Shown here in pieces: positions 26,183 through 37,800 of a stretch of DNA of 64,000 bases. The DNA is from Candidatus Iainarchaeum sp. GTDB taxonomy: Archaea > Iainarchaeota > Iainarchaeia > Iainarchaeales > UBA10219. Made by a program: the position numbers and the translations under genes. Under the pieces are notes generated by a model. It saw nothing but the letters and a program-made list of their open reading frames with translations. It was not told the DNA's origin and searched no databases. The stretch is from NCBI GenBank assembly GCA_018304425.1, contig JAGVWE010000003.1, forward strand, positions 64,001-128,000. The letters are read 5' to 3'. How positions within the stretch are numbered: the stretch's first letter is position 1; each line of letters begins with the position of its first letter.

Positions 26183-26880
26183 ATGCAGGGAATCCACCCA
26201 CGGATATGGTTTTGGCGCCTGGAGGGGAAAGTCAAGCACCTACTTTTGCCGAGCCGGTTCAAAGAGCTATACAAGAAGTCAAGGCCATTGATGACTATTC
26301 TGGAGGCCAAACAACTGTACGACCTCGCGAAAAAGAATGCCCGCCAAGGCATCCTCGTCGAAATCGGGAGCGCCTGGGGCGGAAGCGCGTGCCTCCTCTC
26401 CCAAGCCTCGAAGGAAGCCAGCAGAAATAAAGTGTACTGCGTCGACTCCTGGTCCAGCCCGGAAAAAAGCATTGAAACCCTCTGGAACAAGGAATCGTTG
26501 GGGGTGGGGGGGGGGGCAAACCACTCACAAGCGACTCCTTCTACGGCAAGTTCCTTGCCAACACCCGCGAAAACGGCGTGCCCGGACTGATTGAACCCAT
26601 CCGCGGGAAGTCGGTGGAGGTCGCAAGACATTGGGACAAACCCATCCAGTTGCTTTTCATTGACGGAGCACACGAATACGAGGACACCAAAGCCGACTTC
26701 ACGGCCTGGGAACCCTTCCTCGCCAAAGGAGGCACCATCGCGTTCCACGACTATGAGCTCTCGCCGTGCCCGGTGTACGGCGTCACGCAGGCGGTCAATG
26801 AACTGATTGCGCCGTCAAAAAGGTTTTCAAAACTCGAAAGAATAAATTCCCTGGTTTGGGCGACGAAAATAGCGGAGTAA
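26183..26880 (+). pseudogene. Class I SAM methyltransferase (Methyltransf_24-like), frameshifted at a poly-G tract
   Basis: The 5' frame has VEIGSAWGGS...VYCVDSW. The 3' frame has FLANTRENGV...LLFIDGAHEYE...GGTIAFHDY. The frames switch at G11 (26506-26516). Confidence 0.8.
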
Positions 26881-26906
26881 GCCCGGAAAGAGGGCCGGAA
26901 AACTCA

Positions 26907-28826
26907 CTAATCCTTTTCCCAGAACGTCTTAATATACTTTTCCGGTTCCTCTGTGACGATCGGGGCAAAGCCCTTGGGGAAGCAGTTGCGGTAATTGTCC
27001 CAGGTGTAACGCTTGTCCAGGAACACGACAATGCCCTCGTCCGTGGGGCTGCGGATGACCCTCCCAGAGGCCTGGATGGCCTTGGTGATGGCGGGATACA
27101 GGTAACCGTAATGCCAGCCGCGCGCGAATTTCTCGTCAAAGTAGTCGATGAGGCACTGGACTTCCAGGCTCATTTCCGCCAGGGGGATGCCGACGATGAC
27201 CGCGCCCAGCAGCTGGTTGCCGGGGAAGTCCAGGCCTTCCGCGACGCTGCCCCCTGCCACGGCCAGCAGCACGGCGCCGAAGGCCGAGCCCGCGTTCCGG
27301 AACCGCGTGAGGAGATTCGAGAGCTCGCTCGAAGTCATCCGGCCGTTTTGGCGGATGATTTCCCGCGAAACCAGGGGGGCAAGGAAAGGATAAACACTGT
27401 CAAGGACCTGGTAGCTGGGAAAGAATGCCACGGAGTTGCCGGGAACCACGTTCACGACCTTCGCGATTTCCTTCGCGATTTTCTGGTATTCCTCGAAGTT
27501 GCGACTCGTGTACTTGGTGGAAACGGTTGGAACGACCAGGTGCAGGCGGTTTTCGAGCGGGAAGGGGGACTTGTATTCCTTCATCACGGTGCGCTCGCGT
27601 GGCAGGCCGAGGGTATCCGCGTACATCTCCAGTGGAAGGAGGGTGCCTGACATCAGCACCGCTGAATGGACCTGGTCGAAAATGCCCCGCGAAACCAGGG
27701 CCGGGTCAAGGGCCTTCATCGAGAGCGAGTAGTCCTCGCCGTTGTTCATGCGCTTGACGATGCGCACATGCCCTTCCAGGTTCCCAGGCCATCGCTCGAC
27801 GAAGTTCGCGAGTTGCACGAGGTAACTCGAGGACTTGTTGGTTGCTTCCATGTACTCCACTCCCTGTTCCCTGAGCTCCGTGGCCAAGGCCTCGAAGTCA
27901 TCGATTTCCCCCTTGAGGGGGTCGAGCAACTTGTCCTTGGACACCAATGCCTCGTGACGCTCCAAGGAGAGAGAGGCCCTGGCAATGGCTTTTACGGCCT
28001 TCTCCAGGGCTTTCAGCTTTTCCCGCAGGCCCTCCTGGTTGAGCTTGAAGAGCTCTTCTTCGGCCTTCCGGAGGGCGAAGGTAGTGAGGGAACAGCTCAT
28101 CAGCTTGCGCACGCGCTCGGGCAGGTTGTGGGCCTCGTCCACGATGACGATGGCGTCCTCCAGTTTCTTGGCGAGCTTCTTGAGCATGACCTCGCCGATG
28201 GACGGGGCCAGCAAATGGTAGTAATCGGCGATGACGACGTTGCATTCGCGCGCCACTTGCACGCTGAGTTCGTAGGCGCACAGGGGCAGTTCGTCCTTGC
28301 CGAGCCTGAAGTTGACCGCGTAGTCGCGCAGTTGATGATGCGACCACACCACGCCATACTTTGACAGCGTCGCGTCCAGGTAGGCCTTCGCGGAATCGCG
28401 GGCCTTCTTATCGAAGCCGGGAAAGTTCGCGTAGAACGCGCACTGTTCCCTGCGTACACGCTTGCTGCAGACCTCGTAGAAGCCGTCGAACTCGGCCTGG
28501 GAGAGCACGGGGTCGGAGCACATGTACTTCTTGCCCACCAAGTCAACCGCGCGCACGTTGAGCTTGAACTTTTTCGCCAACCCGTTCACGACCTGCACGG
28601 CGATGTCGTGCTGCGAGATTTTGGGCGTCAAAAAAAAGACGGTCTTGTGGTGTTTCAAGGCATAGGAGAGCGCGGGCCCCAGGGCGGCGTCGGTCTTGCC
28701 CATGCCCAGGGGCGCGTGGCAGAGGATGTGCTTGCCCTGCTCGATGGCGTTGCCGATGTCCAGCATCAACGCGTCCTGGTGCGGCCGGGGCTGGTCAAAA
28801 CGGAAATAAATGTCCGAAAGCTCCAT
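26907..28826 (-). CDS. XPD/Rad3/DinG family Fe-S DNA helicase
   Basis: APLGMGKT, Fe-S Cys residues, DEAHNL, MSGTL, FFPSY, EGLDFPG and QASGRVIRS motifs. Confidence 0.92.
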   Translation of the reverse strand: MELSDIYFRFDQPRPHQDALMLDIGNAIEQGKHILCHAPLGMGKTDAALGPALSYALKHHKTVFFLTPKISQHDIAVQVVNGLAKKFKLNVRAVDLVGKKYMCSDPVLSQAEFDGFYEVCSKRVRREQCAFYANFPGFDKKARDSAKAYLDATLSKYGVVWSHHQLRDYAVNFRLGKDELPLCAYELSVQVARECNVVIADYYHLLAPSIGEVMLKKLAKKLEDAIVIVDEAHNLPERVRKLMSCSLTTFALRKAEEELFKLNQEGLREKLKALEKAVKAIARASLSLERHEALVSKDKLLDPLKGEIDDFEALATELREQGVEYMEATNKSSSYLVQLANFVERWPGNLEGHVRIVKRMNNGEDYSLSMKALDPALVSRGIFDQVHSAVLMSGTLLPLEMYADTLGLPRERTVMKEYKSPFPLENRLHLVVPTVSTKYTSRNFEEYQKIAKEIAKVVNVVPGNSVAFFPSYQVLDSVYPFLAPLVSREIIRQNGRMTSSELSNLLTRFRNAGSAFGAVLLAVAGGSVAEGLDFPGNQLLGAVIVGIPLAEMSLEVQCLIDYFDEKFARGWHYGYLYPAITKAIQASGRVIRSPTDEGIVVFLDKRYTWDNYRNCFPKGFAPIVTEEPEKYIKTFWEKD

Positions 28827-28885
28827 CCAAGGAATGGGGCTAAAACGGGTTTTTAAAGCCTTGGAGGGTGGATTTCCGGTGCGGC

Positions 28886-31800
28886 TTACACCCGGATGGT
28901 CTTCCCACTTTCATGGTAGCGTTTCAAGGTGTAGGCTGCCAAGAAGGAAACGCCGATTTCGGCGAGGGCCGCGATGACGCCCAGGCCGAGCCTCGAGGAG
29001 AGGCCCAGCCACAGCGGCAGCGCGAAGGCCAGCAGGGCCAGGAAGGCCTGCACGAGTTTCTCGCGCTTCAAGTGCGTCGTCGACTTGGGCCCGGGCGGGA
29101 AGAACGCCCGCGCCTGCGAGTACACGAGGTAGGCGGCGGCCATGGCGCATACCAGCAGCAGGACCACGGCAAAGGGGCCGACCTGCTCGATGGCCTCGAT
29201 GGTGGGTTCCAGGGAACTCGAAATCGAGTTCAAGATCGAGCCGAACAAGTCCAGGGCGCTGAAAGACTTTTCCGCGGAAAGCTGTTCCTTGACGACTTTC
29301 ACGGCGTACACGCCCGGCACCTTCACCGTGAACTCGACCTTGCCCAGCTCGTCCGTGAGCGCCTCCAGCTTTTCGCCGTCCGGGGCCTCCGCGATGACGG
29401 TCGCGGCGCGGATGGTGTTGCCCAACTGGTTCCTGACTTCCACGACCTGCCGCTCGCCGATGGTCAACGACTGCTTCAAGGCAATCAGGAGTTCCTCGGG
29501 CTCCGAGCAGTCCGAGGCCTTGTCCCGGCAGGTGCCGTCCGCGCACTGGACCGTTTCCTCCGGACACTCGCAGTTGCCGGACTCCAGCGAACAACGCGCG
29601 CCGCGCTCGCAGTTGCTGATCAACCCCTCGCAGTCCCCGCACACGCAGGACTCGTCCAGGCCGCACACCCCATCCGCCTCGCAGGAAGCCGGCTGGCCGC
29701 AGAGCATGCTAGGCTTGCAGCTTCCGTCCGTGCACCGGTTGGTTCCGGCCGGGCAAGCCGCGACCGGCGAGCACTTGCCGCGCGCGTCCAGCACCGTTCC
29801 CTTTGGACAGGCACAGGCGCTCAACCGCACATTGCAGGCCACGGTGGAAGCACAGATGCCTTGCTTGCCGTCGCAGTCCCGGCACGAGCAGTCCTCGCTG
29901 GCCTCGCACACGCGGTCGTTGTCGCACAGCCGGGGAGAAGGCGGCTCGCTCACGGCCAGGTCCAAAATGAATTCCCCGAAACCCTGCTCGCCTTCCAAGA
30001 ACACGACCTTCAACCCGTTGGGCAGGCGCTCAATGCCTGCCGCCAGGTTGCTGCCCAACGCCTCGCTGAACTCGAATTTGATGCGTTCCGCGACCTTGAG
30101 CCGGCCCAGGGAAAACGAGAGCTTGTTGGGCGAGGGAAGCAGGTAACCGGGCTTTCCGGGCTTGTCCTTGCCGTAAATCCGCATGGAGGCCGGGGTCTTG
30201 ACCTTCAAGCCGATTTTTTTTGCGGCAAAGTTGGCCTGCGGTTGCTCAACTTCGAAGACCAGGTCGTCCACGGTCTTCAGGTCCTGCGCGGCCTTGAACC
30301 GGAAGTCCAGGGAAAACCTCCCGGAAGCCGAGTCCCGCACCGAGGACTTCAAGCTGTAGAACTGGCCGTTCACGAAGCGGTCCGAGTACTGCACCTGGAC
30401 GTTCTTGTTGCCACCCGAGACCCTGAGCTTCGCGCCCTCCGGCACCGGGACCCCATTGGCTTGGAATTCCACGCTGCCCTGCTGCAAGGGCTTTGAAAAG
30501 TTTTCAAAGGTCAGGTTGATCTTCATGTCCACGGGCCCCGGAACCAGCGAACAATCAGGGCGACAGCTGTTGTCCGCGCAGAGGTTGGTTCCAGGCAAGC
30601 AGCCGCCGGCCTTGCAGGTTCCGTCCGGGGCCAGCACGGTTCCGGTGGGGCAACCGCACAAGCCGGTTCCGGTTGAGCCCACGGTCTCGCCGAAGTAACG
30701 GCAGGCCGAGGCATCCACGCAGCCGTCCTTTTGGCTAGCACAATCCGAACAATTGCAGGCCTCCGTGGTTTCACACGCGCCGTCCCGGTTGCAGGGCAAG
30801 AAATTGCCGGAACCACAGTCCACCTTGCAGGTGTTGTCCAGGCAACGAGTCGTTCCCACCGGACAGCCTCCACCTACCGAACCGCAGTCCACCTTGCAGG
30901 TGTTGTCCGAGCACAGGCTCTGACCAACCGGACACTGCAAGGGGGGACCGCAATAGTCGCGGCAGCTGCCGTCCACACAGGCAGTTTTTCCAACCGGGCA
31001 AATAGGACAATTAACTTGACAAATCGGGGGCCCACAGTCCAGCCGACAGGCGCTGTCCGAGCACAGGGTTTGGCCGACCGGGCAGGGCCCGCAAAACGTG
31101 CGGCAGGTGTTGTCCGCGCAACGCGTTTGCCCTCCTGGGCAAGGCAAGCAGTTGCTTTTACAGGGGCCGGGACCTGGGTCGGGCGTGCACAGCCAACTGC
31201 ACGAGCCATTGGAGCATCTGGTTTTGGGCGGCAGGCAAGGCGGGCCCGAACCGCAGTCGGCTTGGCAAGTATTGTCTTCACAGCGCTGTAAACCATTGGG
31301 GCAGGGCAGGCATTCGACAAAAATCCCGGTGCAGGGTCCGGGCCCGCAATCGGTTTGACAACTATTGTCTCCGCACAACTGCTGGCCCGGTGGGCAGGCA
31401 CCGGTTCCGCAGTCCGGCCGGCAGACATCGTCCGCGCACAAGGCTTGCCCGAGCTGGCAGGGGCCACAGAATTCCCTGCAGGAACCGTCCAGGCATGGAA
31501 TCCTTCCAGGGGGACAGGACGGACAGTTCACCTGGCAGGGACCTGGCCCCCGGCCGCTGCCGCAATCAAAGCGGCAAACGTTGTCCTCGCACACCTTCTT
31601 GGGAGGCAAACAGGGCTCGCCCCCACCCGGCCCACAGTCGACCTGGCAGGAACCATTGGCGCACCGGTTCAGGCCGGGCAGGCAAGGCACGCAGTTGACC
31701 TGGCAGGGACCCGGCCCACAATCCAGCCGGCAGGAGTTGTCATTGCATGTTTGGCTGGGTGGCGTGCAAGCCTGGCCCTGGCATTGGCTGGGAGGCTGGC

Positions 31801-34800
31801 AGGTGCCATCCAGGCAACGCGTCAACCCCTCTGGGCAGGGAAGCGATTGGCAGTAGGGGCTGCAGCTCCCGTCCACGCACAAACCGCTGCCCGGCGGACA
31901 GGACTGGCGCGGGCAACGGCCTGGGGCCGCGCATTGATTGCAGCCCTCGCACAAAACCGTTCCCTGGCTGCACTCGCAGACATTGGCGGCGGGGAGTTCG
32001 CCGGAAAGCATGGCCAAGCCGTTCACGCAGGGGCTTGACGAGCCCACGGGGCAGGGAGTGATGAGGGGCAGCAACCGGCTTTGGAGGTTGCCGCGAACCA
32101 CTGAGTAAAGGGAGAGGGACGACTGCTGGAGCTTGAGTTCTGCCAGGACATAGGCGTTGCCGCTGGACTGGGTTTCGGTGGCAAGAACGGTGGGCATGGA
32201 AGTGAGTTGCCCGTTAAACAAGGGAAGGGCTCTATTCGAAGCGTCGACGAGTTGCAGCATGCATTGGGGGACGGCTGGCCGGGTCAGGCAATAGTCGATG
32301 AACTTCACGGAATAGTGGCGGAGGCCGCGGGTGCCGAGGACATTTCCCTTCTGGGCAAAGGCGTCTTGGCTGGGGCAGGAGGCCTTGGTCAGCCCTTCCC
32401 AGGGGGTGGCGCGCAGGCAGGCGTTGCCCTGCAGCTTGCAGTACAAGGCAGGCAAACCGTTTTCTTCGAGCAAGGCCCAGTCCACGGCGCCCGCGCAGTG
32501 CAGGAGGGGTGCGGCTTGCAGGGGCACGCTTGGCTCCACGTAAAACGCCGTGACGCTGTTCAAGCCCGAGTTCCCGGGCATGGGCTGGGAGTAGGCAACC
32601 AGGATGTTTTCGCGGCCTTCCCTGGCCAGCTGGTTTTTGGCGGGTTCCGCGCACTTCGCTCCCTGGATGCAGCTGCTGGGCTGGCCAAAGCAGTCGCTGC
32701 AGGAACAGTTCTCGTTGACTTCGCATAGCTTGTTTTCATTGCAAGGCAGGCTTCCCTGGTTCGCGCCTGGGCAGGCCGTCGCGCACAAGCCGGTGGGGCA
32801 GCGCGTGGTGCCGGGCGGGCAGTTGCTGTTGGTGGGCTGGTTGAGTTTTTCCTGGCAGGCCAGTGGGACTTCCATGGTTTGCTGGGTGCAGTCCACTTCG
32901 AGGGGAATCAGGTAGCTTTGCACGCTGGCCGTGGGCGGCAGCCCGATCACGGGCGGCATGCCTCCGGGGAAGAGGAAGGAAGTCAGGAGGTTGACGAAGT
33001 TGTTGCCGCTGCATTCCGTGAAATCGTCCGCGCCGTTGAGGTTGTTGTCGTCCAAGCCGTTGTTGCAGGTGCCGACGAGGAAGGGCCGTGCAAGGAAGTT
33101 GCCCGCGGACTGGTTGAGTTGCACGAGCAGGAGCAGGAGGTCTCCTTGCTTGGCCTGGCTAGTGTCGAGGAAGGACTCGTAGGAAGGCGTGGAGCCCAGG
33201 GCCAGGGGAGTGGAACCCGGCGGGTCGAAGGCATTAGGGGGAACTGTCCAGGGGCTGGACTGGCCTGGATTGTCCGATGGCTGCCGGGAGTAGGGGGGCA
33301 CTGAACCGGCTGGGACCAGGATCCAGGCCGCGCCCGTGAAGGGCAGGACAAAGTGGGAGTCCAGGTAGTTGAAGGAATTCGGCGAGCGGAACAAGAGGGT
33401 GATGGCGGCCGGCAACTTCATGAACATATTCATGATGACGGGCATGGGCAGGCCAGAAAAACAGGAGTTGCCTGGCAGGGTGAGCTGGCCGAGGGCGCCT
33501 GCGTTCACCGTGGTGGGGCAGCTGATGCCCAACGGCTTGGCATCGATGAGGAAGGTGTTGGTCCAATAGGCTTGGGGGTTCGAGCAGCCCTGCACGGCCG
33601 GGCAGTCCGAGCAACCGCAGCCCTCGCCGTAATTGCAGGCGTTGTCGTAGTTGCAGTAAGCGGAAACGTTGAGGGGGTTGGCAATCGTGTTGAGTTGCAG
33701 GCGCACCCGGGTCCTGCCGCTGAACGCGGAATTCTGGGGGCAGATTTTGATGCCGGGCTGGAGGATGCTGGTGCCGCCCGGGGTGGGCAACTGCGTGTAC
33801 GTGGTTCCGGGGTTGGTGGGGCTTGAAATGAGGGGGCCCATGATGCGCAGCACTTTGTCGGTGGAGTCTGCGATGGAAATCTGTTGGAGCGAGAAATGGG
33901 GGCTGGTGAGGGAAGCAACCGGCGGCGTGTAAGAATAGGTGACGGTTATGCTTGCCGTCAGGGTGTAGGCCGGGATGGTTCCGCCGGGACCGATGGCGTT
34001 CGGGTTTCCAGAGCTTGGCAGGCTGGTTTGGGCTGGGACGGTGGCTGAAACCGTGACGGTGTTCTGGCCCGGGCTCAGCGAAACGTTCCGGGTCATGGAG
34101 CCGTTTCCTTGGCCGGTAACCTGCACCGAGTTGTTGACGGCCAGCGAGTAGGACAAGGGGCTGGGGGACGTGAGGGTGAATGCGATGGGAATCGTGGCCG
34201 TGGTGAAGGAGGCATTGTTTGCCGGGGAATTGATTACGAGGGTGGGGGTGGTGGGCGCATTGTACCAGATACGGTGCCAGCGGTAGGCCCAGGCTCCGTC
34301 CCGGGCCTTGGCGTACAAGCGGAGGATGTTCGAGCCCGGGTTCAGGCCGGAAATGGTTTTCTGGAACGAGCCGCGTCCATAGCCGGCGTAAAGCTGTTTT
34401 CCATTCAACTGAATGGTGTAGTAAAGGGGACTGGGCCGCGTGCGCAGGTCGTCAATGAAGAAGCTGGCGTTGATGACCGAACTGGTGAACCGTTGGTCGG
34501 GGTAGGGAGAGAGGATGGATGTGGTAACCCGGTTGGAGGTCATGGGTGGCGTGGGAAAGGAGGGAAGGGAGGGATTCGGGAAGGGCAGGGAGGACGGGGG
34601 CAGGTTGATGCCCTGGAGGTTCAGTACGAGGGGCTTGCCGCTTTTTTCCCTGCTGGCAAGGTGGCCGGAACCGCTGCCGGAGCCACTGGAGCTTCCTTCT
34701 TCGACTACTATGTAAACGGTGTCGGAAGCCGTTTTGTCCAAATAGGTGGCCTGGACCCGAATGGGAATGCTTCCGGTCTCGGTCAGGGCCAGGGGCACCT

Positions 34801-37800
34801 CAAAGCGCTGGCCGAACAAGGGCAGCTCACCCAGGAACTGGTCGTTGACGAACAATTGAATACTGGCTCGCCCGGCTTCCGCGCCTTCCACGGTTCCGGA
34901 TAGTTCAATGCCGGCCACGGGCGGGGAAGCGCCGTAGCCGTGGGAAGCGTTTTCCGCCACGAAGTTCTCGTAGTTGGCCGCGAGGACCAAACCGTCAGCG
35001 GGGGAAAGGATTTGGACGCGGAGCGGAACCGGCGGCGGTGACCTGGGCTGGTCATAGGTTACGTGGATGGTGTGGCTTGCCGCCAGCTGATCGGCGTTCA
35101 GGGCTTCCGCCGTGATTGTGTTTTCCCCGGGCACGAGGCCAACGGCGGCTGAAAAGGTCCCTGCCTGGTTCACGGCAAACGATTGAACGGGCTGGAAGTT
35201 CACGAAGAGGGTGAGGGAAACCGCGTTCGTGGCCTTGATGGATACCTGAGCCAGGTGGCTACCGGTCCGGGTTTTGTCGGCGGGCGCGACCAGGGTCACG
35301 GTGGGAGGTTCGACCGGCGGAGGCTGCTTGGTCCGTACTGGCTCATAGGTCACGGAGTAAATCGTGCTGCCCTTGTTTCCCCTGGCATCGCTTGCCTCAA
35401 ACCGGAAGGAGTTCAGGCCCTCGGACAGGCTCACGCCCACGGAAAAGTTTCCGGCCGCGTCCAAGGGCACGGAGGAGACTTGGTTGCTTCCCTTGAAGAC
35501 CTGCACGAGCGGGGGCTCGACTTTCACGTTGTCGGAAGCGTTTCCACTGATAAGAAAACTGGGTTCCGAGGTCCTGGTTTGCGTGGACGAGAAGAGAATG
35601 CGGGGTTTCTCCTCGTCAATGAAGGGGAGGAATGGCTGCGAGCGCGTGACCGCAACGGATTGGTATCCGGTGTTGCCGGCCTTATCCAGGGCTGCGACCG
35701 TGATGAGGTTGGAGCCCAGTAAGAGGGCTACGACGCCTGCAAAGGTTCCATTGGAAACCGCCACGGTGAGGGGTTGGCCGCCGTTCACCGTAATCCAGGC
35801 CGAGTCCCGGATTGAAACATTGTCCCTGACCTCGCCCGTGACTTCGATGGTGGCGGATTCCGTGGACGCATTGCTGGCCGGGCTCCGGATGAAGATGCTG
35901 GGGGGCAGGTCGTCAACGGGTTCCCAGGGTGGCTTGGGCCCCAATGGGTTTCTGGCCACCGTGAATTCCGTGACTGCCGCGTTTCCCGAGGCATCTGTGG
36001 CCGTGAGCTGGAATGCGTTGGAGCCCAACTGCAAGTTGCTCACCGTGTTGAAATGGCTGGTCGCGTCCAGGGCCAGCGGAGTTGGGCTGCCGCCGTTCAC
36101 GCGCAAGGAAAGGCCACCGAGGCCTTGGCCGAGGCTTCGGTTGTCGGTAACTTTTCCCTTGACTTCGATGGCGGTTTCCTGGGTGTGCAAGCCGTCCGCG
36201 GGGCTCGAGATCACGATGACAGGCGCTATGTTGTCGGCTTCGACGTAGAACACGGTCAAAGAAGTGGTTGCTGTGTTGCCGGCCAGGTCCCGGGCGCGCA
36301 CCGAGAGGAGGTTGGAGCCAGGCACCAGGGAAATCGGGAGCGAGGAAAATAGCGCGCCCTGGGGGATGAGGGAAAGCAGGGGACCGTTGTTCACGTTGTA
36401 CGCCAGAGAGGCGATGCCGACATTGTCGATGGCCGAGCCCCTCAATGTCGCTGTGGACGTGAGGAGGGTTTCCCCGTTCAAGGGGCTTGAAATGCTGACG
36501 ACCGGTGGTTGGTCATCCTCGCCTGGCGGGGGGGTAATGGACACGCGGTAGAAGGTAATCGTTGCATTGGATGTGTTGGCCAGGGAGTCCGCTACCGTCA
36601 TGCGCAGGGTGTGCTGTCCCTCGGAGAGGTTGGAGAGCGTGAAGGAAAAGGCCGGGGTCGGGGCCAGGACTTGTTGGACTCCATTGTCCAGGCTATAGCT
36701 GATGAAGGAGAGGCCGCTGGCATCACTGGCCGTGCCGGTCACGGTCAAAAACGAGCTGGTGAAGCTGGCGTTGTTTGCGGGTTGCGTAATCGCCAGGATG
36801 GGACCGTCCTTGTCAACGGGGGGCACAATGGCGGCTTCATAGGTTATGGAAAGCAGGCGCGTGGTCTTGTTGCCGGCCTCGTCCTGGGCTGCTAGGGAAA
36901 GGGTGTTGGGGCCCGGGGTCAAACCCATTACCATAACGCGGAAAGCGTTGTTGGTCACAGGGTACAGCGTGGACGCGCTTCCGTTCAAGGAAAGGCCGAT
37001 GGTGGTCATCGTTGAGCGGTCATCGGAAACGCTGCCGGCCACATTGACTTGGGACTGGGAAACAATGGCTCCATTGACCGGCTCGGCAACGGTCAATGCC
37101 GGGGCAACCGTGTCAGGTACGGCAAATGAAACGGAGAGGCTGTGGCTGGTGCGGTTGCCGGCCGCGTCCTGGACCATGAAGGAGAGGTTGTTGGTGCCGA
37201 CTGCGAGGCCGAAAACCTCGAAGTCGAAGGCATTGTTGGTAACCGGGTAAACCTGGGGCGGACCGTTGTTCAGCCGTGCTTCGACTGCCAGGGTTCCGGG
37301 CCGGTCATCCGAGGCATTGCCCTTGACCTGCACTTTGTTCGTGGACACGGTTTCCCGGTCAAGGGGCTGCGTGATTTCCAGGAAGGGGGCCACAATATCT
37401 TGTGGGGGCGTTGACACCGCGTCGCGGAAATAGGTTTGGGTGTTGCTTCCCTGGTTGCCCTGTGTGTCCAGGGCCATCACTTCCACGGCATAGGCTCCCA
37501 CGGTGGGCATCAGCAGGGGAAATGAAAAAGTTGCCGACACCGGCAGGTTTTGCAGGGTGCCCCCGTTCACGCGGAAGGCAAGGGAAGCAAGGCCGCTGGA
37601 ATCACTAGCCGTGCCAGCAATGGGCAGGGACGCGTTGGTTGTCCGGAAGCCGTTGGGTGGAGTGGTGAACGTGATTTCGGGGGCAAGGGTATCGGGCTTG
37701 GCATAGGTTACGGTCAAGGCAGCGGTGCCGGTGTTGTTGGCTGCGTCCTTGGCCCTCACGACCAGGGCGTTAAGCCCTTCTGCCAGGGCGAGGTTCGCGG

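Noticed and set aside
30500-32000. Recurrent DNA repeats resembling an array
   Set aside because: They are codon-level echoes of the Cys-rich protein repeats, with no constant repeat plus unique spacers. Not a CRISPR array.
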